From the sequence record PP620640: 64,000 nt of DNA, one strand, 5' to 3'. Origin of the DNA: Escherichia phage fKMPT1. A model generated the notes under the pieces. The model did not search any database. It was not told the origin of the DNA and was given only the letters and a program-made list of their open reading frames with translations. Both the position numbers and the translations under genes were made by a program. Positions 53,421-62,457 of the stretch are shown here, piece by piece; the stretch's first letter is position 1; every line of letters starts with the position of its first letter.

Positions 53421-54302
53421 ATGAAAACATCTATCCGCGTTACAGTTCATTCACCAACTAAAGGAACTTATGAAGAAGAGTTTAACATCATCCAATTCCC
53501 TTCTGGTGAGATTGGTGGACACTTTTCACCAGAGTTTGTTGACTTCACTACTTATGCAGCATCATCTATCAACAATGTGATTATGATTGTAAAAGGTTAT
53601 GATAAAGATACATTGTTTGCTGTGGCACTTGCTAAAGAGGCGGTGGACAACTTAGTACCTCATAAGTTTGCTATGAAGACCATTATCTTTTACTATTTGC
53701 CAAATGCACGTTATGACCGTCACATGTTTAAAGGTGATGCAGCAGCTTTGAAAGTGTTTGCACAACAGGTTAATGCAATGGGTTTTGATGCAGTCTGTGC
53801 AGTTGACCCTCACAGCTATGTACCAGATAACCTGTTTAACTGCTTCCAAAGTATCCCTCAAAATGAAGTTGCAGTTCACTATGCAAATGACCCTCTGGTT
53901 GATTACTTAGTAGCCCCAGATGCAGGTGCTTCTAAGAAGATTGCAGAGACTGCTAAAGAGGTGGATAAACCATATATCACAATGTCTAAGGTGCGTAACC
54001 TTAAGACTGGTGAAATTACTGGTATGCGAATCCTTGATGATGTTGATTTGACAGATAAAACCGTCATGATTCTGGATGATATTTGTGATGGAGGACGAAC
54101 CTTCATAGAAGCAGCTAAACATCTTCGTGAAGCAGGTGCAAAACGTGTGGAACTCTATGTAACTCATGGTATTTTCTCTAAAGGGGTTGAAAACTTGCTT
54201 GACAATGGTATTGACCATATCTACACTACAAACTCTTTAGGGGAAGCTAAAGACCGTGGCTTAACACATTATGCTCAAGTTACTGTAGCAAACCTTGATT
54301 AA
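53421..54302 (+). CDS. Ribose-phosphate pyrophosphokinase (Prs) family protein; Prs or ADPR-PP synthetase-like
   Basis: 293 aa; collinear with Prs motifs: IFYYLPNARYDRH (cf. VIPYFGYARQDR), VAPDAGASKK (cf. VSPDIGGVVRA), PRPP-binding loop VMILDDICDGGRTF...AGAKRVELYVTHGIFS. Confidence 0.7.
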   Translation: MKTSIRVTVHSPTKGTYEEEFNIIQFPSGEIGGHFSPEFVDFTTYAASSINNVIMIVKGYDKDTLFAVALAKEAVDNLVPHKFAMKTIIFYYLPNARYDRHMFKGDAAALKVFAQQVNAMGFDAVCAVDPHSYVPDNLFNCFQSIPQNEVAVHYANDPLVDYLVAPDAGASKKIAETAKEVDKPYITMSKVRNLKTGEITGMRILDDVDLTDKTVMILDDICDGGRTFIEAAKHLREAGAKRVELYVTHGIFSKGVENLLDNGIDHIYTTNSLGEAKDRGLTHYAQVTVANLD

Positions 54303-54311
54303 AACTTTATA

Positions 54312-54332
54312 GGGGCTTACAAGCCCCATTTT
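54312..54332 (+). terminator. Weak terminator-like hairpin
   Basis: ggggc-ttacaa-gcccc followed by ATTTT. Confidence 0.4.
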
Positions 54333-54347
54333 GAGAGAGATTAAAAG

Positions 54348-56129
54348 ATGACTAAATCACTTTATGCAGTACCAGCAGGTTTAAACGCAGACGCTTACAA
54401 ATCTGGTCACATCTACCAGTATCCTAGTGCAATAGAGTACTTGATGTTCAACCTGACACCACGTAGTGATAAATGGTTTAACAGCCCCTTAGCAATTGAC
54501 GGTGTAGTGGCTTTTGGTATTCAACGTTTTGTTAAAGATTACCTGATAGACCACTGGAACGCCACCTTCTTCGAACGTGACAAAAAAGAAGCAATTGACG
54601 AAATCTTAGAAGTCATGAACGGTGTTCTGGGTAAAGATGCTATTGGTCGAGAACATTGGGAAGCACTCCACGACTTAGGTTATCTACCAGTTGAAGTATA
54701 CGCTGTAGAAGAAGGCACAGTTGTCCCTATGCGTGTACCAATGATTGTCTTCCAGAACACTGTTTCAGGTTTCCATTGGGTAGCGGGGTATCTGGAAGAT
54801 GCTTTCTCTGCTGAGATTTGGAAGGCTTGTACCATTGCAACTATTGCATTGCACTACAAACGTATCTGTAAGAAGTGGTCTGACCTTACTTGTGACAATG
54901 ACTTGCATTTACCTTATCAGTGCCATGACTTTGCTATGCGTGGTATGTCTGGCTTTACTGATGACGCATTTAATGCTGTAGGCCACTTAACCAGCTTTAA
55001 AGGGACTGATAGCTTCCCTGCTGTATACACGGCTAAACGCATCTATGGACAGCCCTACCCAATCTCTGATATTGGTAGTTCTGTACCAGCCACTGAACAC
55101 TCTGTAATGTGTGCAAACATTGCTTGGGAAGGTGGTAATGAGTTGATTGAAGAAGAAAGACGCTTTAAAGGTGAGTTACAAACCTTCCGTCGTTTCTTAA
55201 CAGAAACTTACCCAACTGGTATTGCAAGTGTTGTTTCAGACACTTATAATTTCTGGAAAACTGTATCAGAAATCTTACCAGCACTTCGCAAAGAGATTAT
55301 GGAACGTGACGGAAAACTGGTAATTCGTCCTGACTCTGGCGACCCTGTACATATTGTCACAGGTTATAAAGCAATCCACTTAGAGTGCGCTAAAAAAGCT
55401 TATTACGAACACCTAAGCAAGCTGGAAGCCAGCGACACAAAGTTGAATGCTGTTCTGAACATGAATCTTGAAGACATTCACTATATTATGGCTGGGTGGT
55501 TACGTACAGAAGGCTATGAAATGGTGGTTGACAGAGAAGACTTTGAAGTAGCTGATACAGTGCTTCTGAAAGATGCCTACATCAACGGCTCTGCAAACGT
55601 TGTAACACGTCCTGTAGCAGAGATTGATGGAGCTATTAAGACCCTGTATAACATCTTTGGAGGGACTATCAACGCTAAAGGTTTTAAAGTACTGGATGAG
55701 CACATTGGACTTATTTATGGTGACTCTATCACGTTGGAACGTGCAAACGAAATCCTTAAGCGTTTGTATGAAATGGGTTTTGCAAGCTCTAACGTAGTGT
55801 TTGGTGTAGGTTCTTACACTTACCAGTACATGACTCGTGACACCTTTGCATTTGCTGTTAAAGCAACTCTGGCAAGCATTGGTGGCAAAGAGATTATGCT
55901 TGCAAAAGACCCTAAAACAGATAGTGGTGTTAAGAAGTCTGCTTTTGGTGGTGTAGCACCTATGTGGGATGGTGATAAGCTGAAAGCTGTAGATGGCTAT
56001 GGGTTCCAGAGCTTTGCAGATGTGCTTGAACATCCAGCTTGTGCTTTACGTTTAGTCTTTAGTGACTCTGAGCAGTTTGGTTACACAAATCTTGGTGATA
56101 TTCGAAATAATATTGACAAGCAGCTTTAA
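54348..56129 (+). CDS. Nicotinamide phosphoribosyltransferase family protein (NadV/NAMPT-like or Namat-like)
   Basis: 593 aa; N-terminal LNADAYKSGHIYQYPS matches NAMPT LATDSYKVTHYKQYP; immediately downstream of Prs-like gene. Confidence 0.7.
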   Translation: MTKSLYAVPAGLNADAYKSGHIYQYPSAIEYLMFNLTPRSDKWFNSPLAIDGVVAFGIQRFVKDYLIDHWNATFFERDKKEAIDEILEVMNGVLGKDAIGREHWEALHDLGYLPVEVYAVEEGTVVPMRVPMIVFQNTVSGFHWVAGYLEDAFSAEIWKACTIATIALHYKRICKKWSDLTCDNDLHLPYQCHDFAMRGMSGFTDDAFNAVGHLTSFKGTDSFPAVYTAKRIYGQPYPISDIGSSVPATEHSVMCANIAWEGGNELIEEERRFKGELQTFRRFLTETYPTGIASVVSDTYNFWKTVSEILPALRKEIMERDGKLVIRPDSGDPVHIVTGYKAIHLECAKKAYYEHLSKLEASDTKLNAVLNMNLEDIHYIMAGWLRTEGYEMVVDREDFEVADTVLLKDAYINGSANVVTRPVAEIDGAIKTLYNIFGGTINAKGFKVLDEHIGLIYGDSITLERANEILKRLYEMGFASSNVVFGVGSYTYQYMTRDTFAFAVKATLASIGGKEIMLAKDPKTDSGVKKSAFGGVAPMWDGDKLKAVDGYGFQSFADVLEHPACALRLVFSDSEQFGYTNLGDIRNNIDKQL

Positions 56130-56142
56130 AAGTATATGATAA

Positions 56143-56165
56143 GAGGCTCCTACGGGAGCCTTTTT
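56143..56165 (+). terminator. Rho-independent terminator
   Basis: ggctcc-tacg-ggagcc hairpin followed by TTTTT. Confidence 0.7.
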
Positions 56166-56182
56166 AATTTCTGGAGAAGATT

Positions 56183-56518
56183 ATGAAAATCAAAGAAATG
56201 AATATCAATATTGTCTTAGAAGAACGTTGGGAGAACATCAAGAAGCCTGAAAATGGTCATAAGTTCCTCAACAAAATCTTAGTAGCAGCTAAAGAAGAAC
56301 TGACTGGCAAGGTTGCAGCAGCAATTACAATAAAGGTGTGTGTAAAAGGTCTTCCAGACAATCACCAATTTGCACTTGACGAGTTTAAAGAAAGCTTCTA
56401 CAATCCAAACAAACAGATGCTTGAAAGTAATTTTGCAGTATCTACAAGTATCGTCCATGACAGAAGCTTTATCCTTTACAAGAATATGAGAGGTGAGTCA
56501 TGCAAGCATATTGGATAG
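56183..56518 (+). CDS. Hypothetical protein
   Basis: 111-aa ORF. Confidence 0.35.
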   Translation: MKIKEMNINIVLEERWENIKKPENGHKFLNKILVAAKEELTGKVAAAITIKVCVKGLPDNHQFALDEFKESFYNPNKQMLESNFAVSTSIVHDRSFILYKNMRGESCKHIG

Positions 56519-56676
56519 AAATTTTACTGTCACTTGGTAGTGTAGCAGTATTTGTTTACCTTCTTTGCAAGTACTATGCAGAACACAAAAAATGTGACTT
56601 CTGTAACGGAGAGGGTTATACAAGAGCAGGTTGTTGCCCTATGTGTGGTGGTTCTGGTAAAATGTTTAATAAGTAA
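56500..56676 (+). CDS. Small membrane-anchored protein with two CxxCxGxG (DnaJ-type) zinc-finger motifs
   Basis: 58-aa ORF missed by track length cut-off; MQAYWIEILLSLGSVAVFVYLLCKYYAEHKKCDFCNGEGYTRAGCCPMCGGSGKMFNK; RBS GAGAGGTGAG. Confidence 0.45.
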   Translation: MQAYWIEILLSLGSVAVFVYLLCKYYAEHKKCDFCNGEGYTRAGCCPMCGGSGKMFNK

Positions 56677-56704
56677 TTTAACAGTAAACTAAGAGGAAAG
56701 TATT

Positions 56705-59071
56705 ATGCGCATGGTAAACGACCACGCAGAAGTGATTAAGAGTTCAACTTCTTTAGAGACGTCGCAAGCACAGATTACAATGACACCTGAAATGTTCAGC
56801 CTTTTGAGTTCTGGTGTATATACCTTTAAAGAAAGGGCAGTGATTCGTGAACTGTCATGTAACGCAGTAGATGCTCAGAAAGAAGCTGGAAAAGAGAATA
56901 TCCCGTTCCATGTGCATTTACCTACTCGTTTTGAGCCTTACTTTGAAGTTCGTGATTTTGGAACTGGATTAACTCATGATAAAGTTATGAGTTTGTACCT
57001 AAACTATGGGGCTTCTACGAAGAATGACTCTAATGACTACATTGGTGCAATGGGTATCGGCTCAAAATCACCATTTGCAATTGCTCAGTCATTCACAGTG
57101 TCTAGCTATGTTGACGGTGTTGTTAATAAGTACTCTGTTTATCTTGAGAATGGTATCCCTCAAGTAACTAAACTGACCACTAACCCAACAAAAGAACCTA
57201 ATGGTTTAGCTGTACGTGTGGCAGTTGCTGACCACCGTATTTCAAAGTTCTTTGAAGAGGCTGGTAATGTATACTCATACTTTGCTGTAAAACCAGAAAG
57301 TAACATCGAGTATGACGATGTACTAGCAGATATGAATGTCATTGCCCGTGAAGAAGGTGTCTATGATGCCATGATTCATAAGCAAAGCTGGCGTTCTAGT
57401 GGTAACAGGACAGAGTTTAATGTGGTGATGGGTAATATCGCCTATCCAGTTAACATGGAAGCATTACTTGGAGATGATTTCTTCAAAGTCTTGCCAGAAT
57501 TTTTCCGTAGGAGCGTAGACCTTGTAAACATCTACATGCCTATTGGTTCAGTCGCTATTGCAGCTTCTCGTGAAGCATTGCAGATGAATGATACGACAAA
57601 AAATGTTATCATTGAGGCTACTAAAAAGATAACTGAAGCAATTACAAAGGATGTTATCAAGAAAGTTAATAGCCAACCTACACTCATGGATGCTGCACAG
57701 GCTTATGCTGAGTTACGTTTGAACTCACGAGAGATGTTCAATGCTGTGTGTCCAAAGCTAGAGTGGGGTGGTGTTAAGCTTGATTCTCTGGAAGAAGAAT
57801 TACTAAACATTCGTCGTGGAATTATCTACGCAGAAGACGGCTCAGTCATTTACGAACGTGACGGCAAAGGCAATATTAAGGTTGATAGGAACGGGAACAA
57901 TATCCCTAAAGTAGATTATCTTTATGACCCAGTTGCTTACGTCAAGTTCAACTCTTTAGAGAGTAAGATTCGTGCAACATCGCTTTCCTACACTCAAGAG
58001 GCAAGTATGTTCAATATCTTTGGCGCAATGCGTAAAAGCCAAATTGAACAGTTTTTGTTTGTTATAAATGACCGTCGCAATAAAAATGGTACTGAGAAGA
58101 CTGTAGGACGCAATCAAATTTTGCGTGGTGCATGTCGAGACTATGCCAATGAGTCAAGTCTGTTTCACAGATACAATGGTATTGTCTTTGTATTCTCTAC
58201 AGAGAAAGAGCTAGACGACTTAATCAATTTGCACAAACTTGATAAAAGCTTGTTAAAGATTGTGAAGATGTCTGATAAGGAACACCATTATCAGCGTAAA
58301 GAAGCTGTAAGAGGTGTTGTAAAACTTTGGAAAGCTGTTCCAGCAGAAGGTGTAGCTTCCTATAAAGAGGTTTCAGAGGACTTTGATACAATTGAAGAAC
58401 CTCAGCTTTACATTAAGGCAGTCGGCGACACAGTTGACGGTGAATGTTTTTGCTCATCTCCAGAAGATGTAGCTAAGTCAGTTGCAAATGTCATTGGGAA
58501 GACAGTCTATGTTTTCCGAAAAGCAAATTGGAAAAAGATACCAGAAGACTGGATTGAAGTAGATGAGAAGCTCTTGAACGACAGCTTAACTGATGTTCAC
58601 TGGATTAACCATAATAGGTATATGACACGCATCTATATGAATGGTGTCCTTGACCTCACAAGCAGTTGGATTATTGCCAGAAACTTTACGTTCAATAACA
58701 GGAAGATTTCTCGTGGCTATTGTTATTCACGGGATACAAACAAAACTATCTTCCTAGAAGGCAATGAGGATGCTGTTGAGGCAATGTTTGGTAAAATCCA
58801 ATACGTTGCTGCACCGTTTGCATACACTTACACTATTAGTAGACTGCAAACTTTGAAAGAATGCCTTGATAACGATACAAAGCTGTACAAGAAAATCAAG
58901 AAAGCTGGTGACCGTATGGTCATTAAGGTGACAAACTACCTTTCAAAAAGGAAACAAGAAAACTTCTTGCTTTCTCATTTAGATTGGGATAAAGTGTCAC
59001 CCATCGAAGTGAGTAAGTTCTTAGGCTTTGATGTGAAGTGTGTTCCAGAAGGGACTACAATTTACGATTAA
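56705..59071 (+). CDS. rIIA: rIIA-like protein with GHKL (HATPase_c) ATPase domain
   Basis: 788 aa; Bergerat-fold boxes: N-box ELSCNAVDA, G1 DFGTGL, G2 GAMGIGSKSPFA; size as T4 rIIA. Confidence 0.6.
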   Translation: MRMVNDHAEVIKSSTSLETSQAQITMTPEMFSLLSSGVYTFKERAVIRELSCNAVDAQKEAGKENIPFHVHLPTRFEPYFEVRDFGTGLTHDKVMSLYLNYGASTKNDSNDYIGAMGIGSKSPFAIAQSFTVSSYVDGVVNKYSVYLENGIPQVTKLTTNPTKEPNGLAVRVAVADHRISKFFEEAGNVYSYFAVKPESNIEYDDVLADMNVIAREEGVYDAMIHKQSWRSSGNRTEFNVVMGNIAYPVNMEALLGDDFFKVLPEFFRRSVDLVNIYMPIGSVAIAASREALQMNDTTKNVIIEATKKITEAITKDVIKKVNSQPTLMDAAQAYAELRLNSREMFNAVCPKLEWGGVKLDSLEEELLNIRRGIIYAEDGSVIYERDGKGNIKVDRNGNNIPKVDYLYDPVAYVKFNSLESKIRATSLSYTQEASMFNIFGAMRKSQIEQFLFVINDRRNKNGTEKTVGRNQILRGACRDYANESSLFHRYNGIVFVFSTEKELDDLINLHKLDKSLLKIVKMSDKEHHYQRKEAVRGVVKLWKAVPAEGVASYKEVSEDFDTIEEPQLYIKAVGDTVDGECFCSSPEDVAKSVANVIGKTVYVFRKANWKKIPEDWIEVDEKLLNDSLTDVHWINHNRYMTRIYMNGVLDLTSSWIIARNFTFNNRKISRGYCYSRDTNKTIFLEGNEDAVEAMFGKIQYVAAPFAYTYTISRLQTLKECLDNDTKLYKKIKKAGDRMVIKVTNYLSKRKQENFLLSHLDWDKVSPIEVSKFLGFDVKCVPEGTTIYD

Positions 59072-59073
59072 AG

Positions 59074-59106
59074 TGTTTGACAAGGGGCTTCAAAGCCCCT
59101 TAGAAT
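59074..59106 (+). promoter_or_regulatory. Promoter, TGTTTGACA-N18-TAGAAT with GC hairpin in spacer
   Basis: -35 TTGACA 59077-59082; spacer aggggcttcaaagcccct (palindromic); -10 TAGAAT 59101-59106. Confidence 0.5.
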
Positions 59107-59150
59107 AGTCTTACAAAATGATTTATTAACTAACAAGAGAGAGTAATAAG

Positions 59151-60260
59151 ATGACTACTAAAACTAAAGCACAGATTGACGCAGAAATTTACGAACTGGT
59201 TAAAGAAGGTAAGCTGACTAAAACAGCTATTGCACAGAAGTTCAATACTTCAACCCGTTCAGTTGGTCGTGCTGTAGAGCGTCATGAAGCAACCTTAAAA
59301 GGTAAGAAGAAGACGACTTCTAATCCAGCTAAGAAGACCCTAAAGCAAGTTGCTAAGTCAGTTAAAAAGAAAGCTGGAAAACCAGTTGAAAAGGTTGTTA
59401 AAAAGGCTGTACAAAAAGCTCCGGTAAATAAACTACACGAAGCTATGCAGAAAGATGACAAGATTGAGTACATGATTACTGGTGACTCTGTAATTATGAC
59501 TTACGGTTCAGAATCTGAAATTGTTGAGTCTACTCATCCGAACTATCAAGAGATTGTAGTTCATGTTGTGAAAGGTGAGTTCAAGAAAGCCTTTGAACTG
59601 ATGAACATTCGTAAGTCTATCGAAAACTTCACTCAGGGTGCTATCACAATCAAAGGTGACAAGTTATTCTACGGTGCTGTTGAGATGCGTTCTACTCTGG
59701 TTGACCGTATTCTTCACATGATGAAGACTGGTGATAAAGGTTTTGAACGACTTGTAATGTTCTTCGAAAAACTGATGGAAAACCCATCTAAAGACTCTGT
59801 AGAACAACTTTGGGGATTTGTATCTCACCTTGATGTTGAGATTGATGAAGAAGGCTTCATCATTGGTTGGAAGAAAGTCTCTACTCGTGAAGGTAAGCTG
59901 GTTGACTCCCACACCTACAAAGTACCTAATGATTTGGGTAACATTGTAGAAATGCCACGTTGGATGGTTGATAACAACCGTAACGTAACTTGTTCTCAAG
60001 GTCTTCATGTTGGTGCTTGGGATTATGTTCGTTACTTCTCAGGTGATACCATCCTGAAGGTTCGTGTCCATCCACGAGATGTTGTATCTGTTCCAACTGA
60101 TTACAACGATATGAAGATGCGTTCATCCCGTTATGAAGTTGCAGCAATCGTTGATAATCAGCGTAAAGTACTGAAAGCGTGGGATGGTAAGACTGAGGCT
60201 TTGCATGTCATCGTTGGCACTGCTGGTGAACTCATCTCCCAACGTAAACGTGAAATCTAA
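59151..60260 (+). CDS. rIIB-like protein (candidate, by synteny)
   Basis: 369-aa ORF directly after rIIA-like gene; N-terminal HTH-like segment and Lys-rich linker; no diagnostic motif recognised. Confidence 0.35.
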   Translation: MTTKTKAQIDAEIYELVKEGKLTKTAIAQKFNTSTRSVGRAVERHEATLKGKKKTTSNPAKKTLKQVAKSVKKKAGKPVEKVVKKAVQKAPVNKLHEAMQKDDKIEYMITGDSVIMTYGSESEIVESTHPNYQEIVVHVVKGEFKKAFELMNIRKSIENFTQGAITIKGDKLFYGAVEMRSTLVDRILHMMKTGDKGFERLVMFFEKLMENPSKDSVEQLWGFVSHLDVEIDEEGFIIGWKKVSTREGKLVDSHTYKVPNDLGNIVEMPRWMVDNNRNVTCSQGLHVGAWDYVRYFSGDTILKVRVHPRDVVSVPTDYNDMKMRSSRYEVAAIVDNQRKVLKAWDGKTEALHVIVGTAGELISQRKREI

Positions 60261-60276
60261 TAAGTAATTTCTTAAA

Positions 60277-60300
60277 AGGCTGCTTCGGCGGCCTTTTTTA
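60277..60300 (+). terminator. Rho-independent terminator (UUCG loop)
   Basis: aggctgc-ttcg-gcggcct hairpin followed by TTTTTTATTT. Confidence 0.65.
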
Positions 60301-60301
60301 T

Positions 60302-60329
60302 TTGTATTTTGTGCAGAGTGCTGTATAAT
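60302..60329 (+). promoter_or_regulatory. Sigma70-like promoter candidate
   Basis: TTGTAT -35-like at 60302-60307, TATAAT at 60324-60329 preceded by TG; RBS AGGAG before ATG 60361. Confidence 0.4.
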
Positions 60330-60360
60330 TGTTGTCACGATAAACTAAACAGGAGAACCA

Positions 60361-60909
60361 ATGAAGAATTTGATTCTAGGTTTGTGCTTAATGTTTACAG
60401 CACACTTATCTTATGCAGTTGACTGCCCAGAGCTATCAATTAGCCAAAAAGTAAACATGTTAAAAGCTTACCAGTATGGTGAGAACAACATGGGTAAAGG
60501 TTGGGGTATCACTCTAGCAGCTATAGCCTTACAAGAGTCAGAGTTAGGTCTGAAGGTAGAGAATAAAAAGACCCATGACTATGGTATTTTCCAGAATCAC
60601 TTGAAGACTGTTGTAAAGCGTAACAAAATCAGTCCTAATGTGGCTAAAAAGAAACTCTTAAAAGATTTTGACTATGCTGCAAAAGAGACACATAAAGAGC
60701 TTGAGTTTTGGACTAAGGTACATGGTCACCCGAAGTCAAAGAAGACTTTACAAAAAGTTTTGGCATCATATAATGCTGGGTATTCGTACAAAATCCCTAA
60801 AGCTAAGAAATACTCTCAAGATGTCTATAACAATATGAAAGTTATTGCTCAATGTGAATTTGCAACAAACATTTCTAAGGTAAATCATGAAAAAATTAAG
60901 AAAGTCTGA
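60361..60909 (+). CDS. Secreted lytic transglycosylase (SLT domain), endolysin candidate
   Basis: 182 aa; signal peptide MKNLILGLCLMFTAHLSYA; SLT motifs LQESELG, DYGIFQ, SYNAGYSY. Confidence 0.55.
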   Translation: MKNLILGLCLMFTAHLSYAVDCPELSISQKVNMLKAYQYGENNMGKGWGITLAAIALQESELGLKVENKKTHDYGIFQNHLKTVVKRNKISPNVAKKKLLKDFDYAAKETHKELEFWTKVHGHPKSKKTLQKVLASYNAGYSYKIPKAKKYSQDVYNNMKVIAQCEFATNISKVNHEKIKKV

Positions 60910-61582
60910 TGAAGTCCTGTGCCACGCTTATGACTTGCATCCTCATGAGTTAGGTCTTGATTCCTGTGTATGGACTCCAGAACAGTGCAGGGATTTTGAA
61001 GACACTGCAAGAGAAGTTGTATGTTCACTTGAAGAGTTCCACACATCAGAACCAATTGTGAACGTTGTGGATAAAGAAACTGGACAAGCTATAGGTGTAA
61101 GTCGTGATAGTTTAGTCATAGTCAATGAAGACCTTGTAGAAAAAGGTAACCTCATCTTAGCAGATATTGATGGTGTTCTTACAAATTTTAATCACGAAGA
61201 TTGCTCAACGGAATTGACTGACGGGTCATTTTCACAGTACACTAATCTTCTTGACTCTGTAAGAGCAAAACCAACATATATTTTCAGTATCATTGATGCA
61301 ATTGCTAATCATGCTGCCATTGGCCTCTTAACAGCAAGAGGTGAAACTCAGAGAATACCTACTGAGATGTTCTTGAGGCACAATATAGAGCATGATTACA
61401 TGCTTTTTATGCGTGGTTTTGGAACTAACTCTCTAAGTGCAGAAAGTTTAAAAGTGAGGATGATTCAGTCTTGCATTCTTCCTTACTTTAATATAGTATG
61501 TTTTATAGAAGATACAGAGAAGAATGTTCAGAAGGTTAACAGAATCCTTCCACACATCAAAACCATGCTAGTTAAACATTGA
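60887..61582 (+). CDS. HAD-like phosphatase domain protein (candidate)
   Basis: 231 aa; ILADIDGVLTNF resembles HAD motif I DxDG(T/V)L. Confidence 0.35.
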   Translation: MKKLRKSDEVLCHAYDLHPHELGLDSCVWTPEQCRDFEDTAREVVCSLEEFHTSEPIVNVVDKETGQAIGVSRDSLVIVNEDLVEKGNLILADIDGVLTNFNHEDCSTELTDGSFSQYTNLLDSVRAKPTYIFSIIDAIANHAAIGLLTARGETQRIPTEMFLRHNIEHDYMLFMRGFGTNSLSAESLKVRMIQSCILPYFNIVCFIEDTEKNVQKVNRILPHIKTMLVKH

Positions 61583-61592
61583 GAGAAAACTT

Positions 61593-62057
61593 ATGAACAA
61601 TATCATTACGGTAGCACTGGACGTTACGGAAAACAAATCTGCAGTAGTTCGTAACATTATCAAGAGCAACTTTGAGGGTAAAATCTTCCGTGCTGTCAAT
61701 GTAAAAGCAGACGGGAACATTCGGGAGTATCGTGCTCTTCTGAATGTTAAGAAACATGTCAAAGGTGCTGGTTCAACGACTGCACACAAAGAAAACCTGA
61801 TGACTATCTATGATATGGGTATGGCTTCAGAGTTAGGTGCTGAAGGTATCGTTAAAGAAGGTGCTCCGTATCGCTCTTTCAATCTGGAAACTGCTCTTAT
61901 GCTTTCCTTTACAAGTGGTTCTAAAACAACTACTTATCTCTTTACTGATGCTGCAACGGTATCTGCTATTAAGGATAGCACTGTCAAAGCTGGGGTAGCT
62001 GCTGCTGCAAAAGCTTCTTCGATGGCTGCAAATGTCCTTGCTAAAGTCCTCAGTTAA
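61593..62057 (+). CDS. Hypothetical protein
   Basis: 154-aa ORF followed by terminator. Confidence 0.35.
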   Translation: MNNIITVALDVTENKSAVVRNIIKSNFEGKIFRAVNVKADGNIREYRALLNVKKHVKGAGSTTAHKENLMTIYDMGMASELGAEGIVKEGAPYRSFNLETALMLSFTSGSKTTTYLFTDAATVSAIKDSTVKAGVAAAAKASSMAANVLAKVLS

Positions 62058-62068
62058 GGTTAAGATAC

Positions 62069-62090
62069 AGGCTCCTTCGGGAGCCTTTTT
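62069..62090 (+). terminator. Rho-independent terminator (UUCG loop)
   Basis: ggctcc-ttcg-ggagcc hairpin followed by TTTTT. Confidence 0.7.
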
Positions 62091-62109
62091 CATTTCAGGA
62101 GATTGTTAA

Positions 62110-62457
62110 ATGACATTTAAAGAGTTTTGTCAAGCTACTTTCATAATTGTTTTCTTAGTTGGGGCAGGTGTCTGGGGAGGATACTCTTACAGAGACTACC
62201 AAGTTGCTGAAGCTGAGCTAAATAATGAGAAACTAATAAGTGTCGCTAAAGATGCTTATCAGGAAGGTTTAGTCACACTCAGCACCAATTACAAAAATGA
62301 TTTGAAAGACGTGCTTGCTAAGAATAAGCATACAAAAGAGGTACTAACATATGAAAAAACTAAGCCAGAGTTTTATAATGTTTGTGTTACTGATAATTAT
62401 GTCAGGGTGTTCAACGAACAAAGTGAACAGTACATTCAAAAACTCCCAAGTAAGTGA
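62110..62457 (+). CDS. i-spanin (Rz-like) candidate
   Basis: 115 aa; N-terminal TM FIIVFLVGAGVWGGYSY then helical periplasmic domain; overlapped out of frame by lipoprotein gene. Confidence 0.5.
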   Translation: MTFKEFCQATFIIVFLVGAGVWGGYSYRDYQVAEAELNNEKLISVAKDAYQEGLVTLSTNYKNDLKDVLAKNKHTKEVLTYEKTKPEFYNVCVTDNYVRVFNEQSEQYIQKLPSK

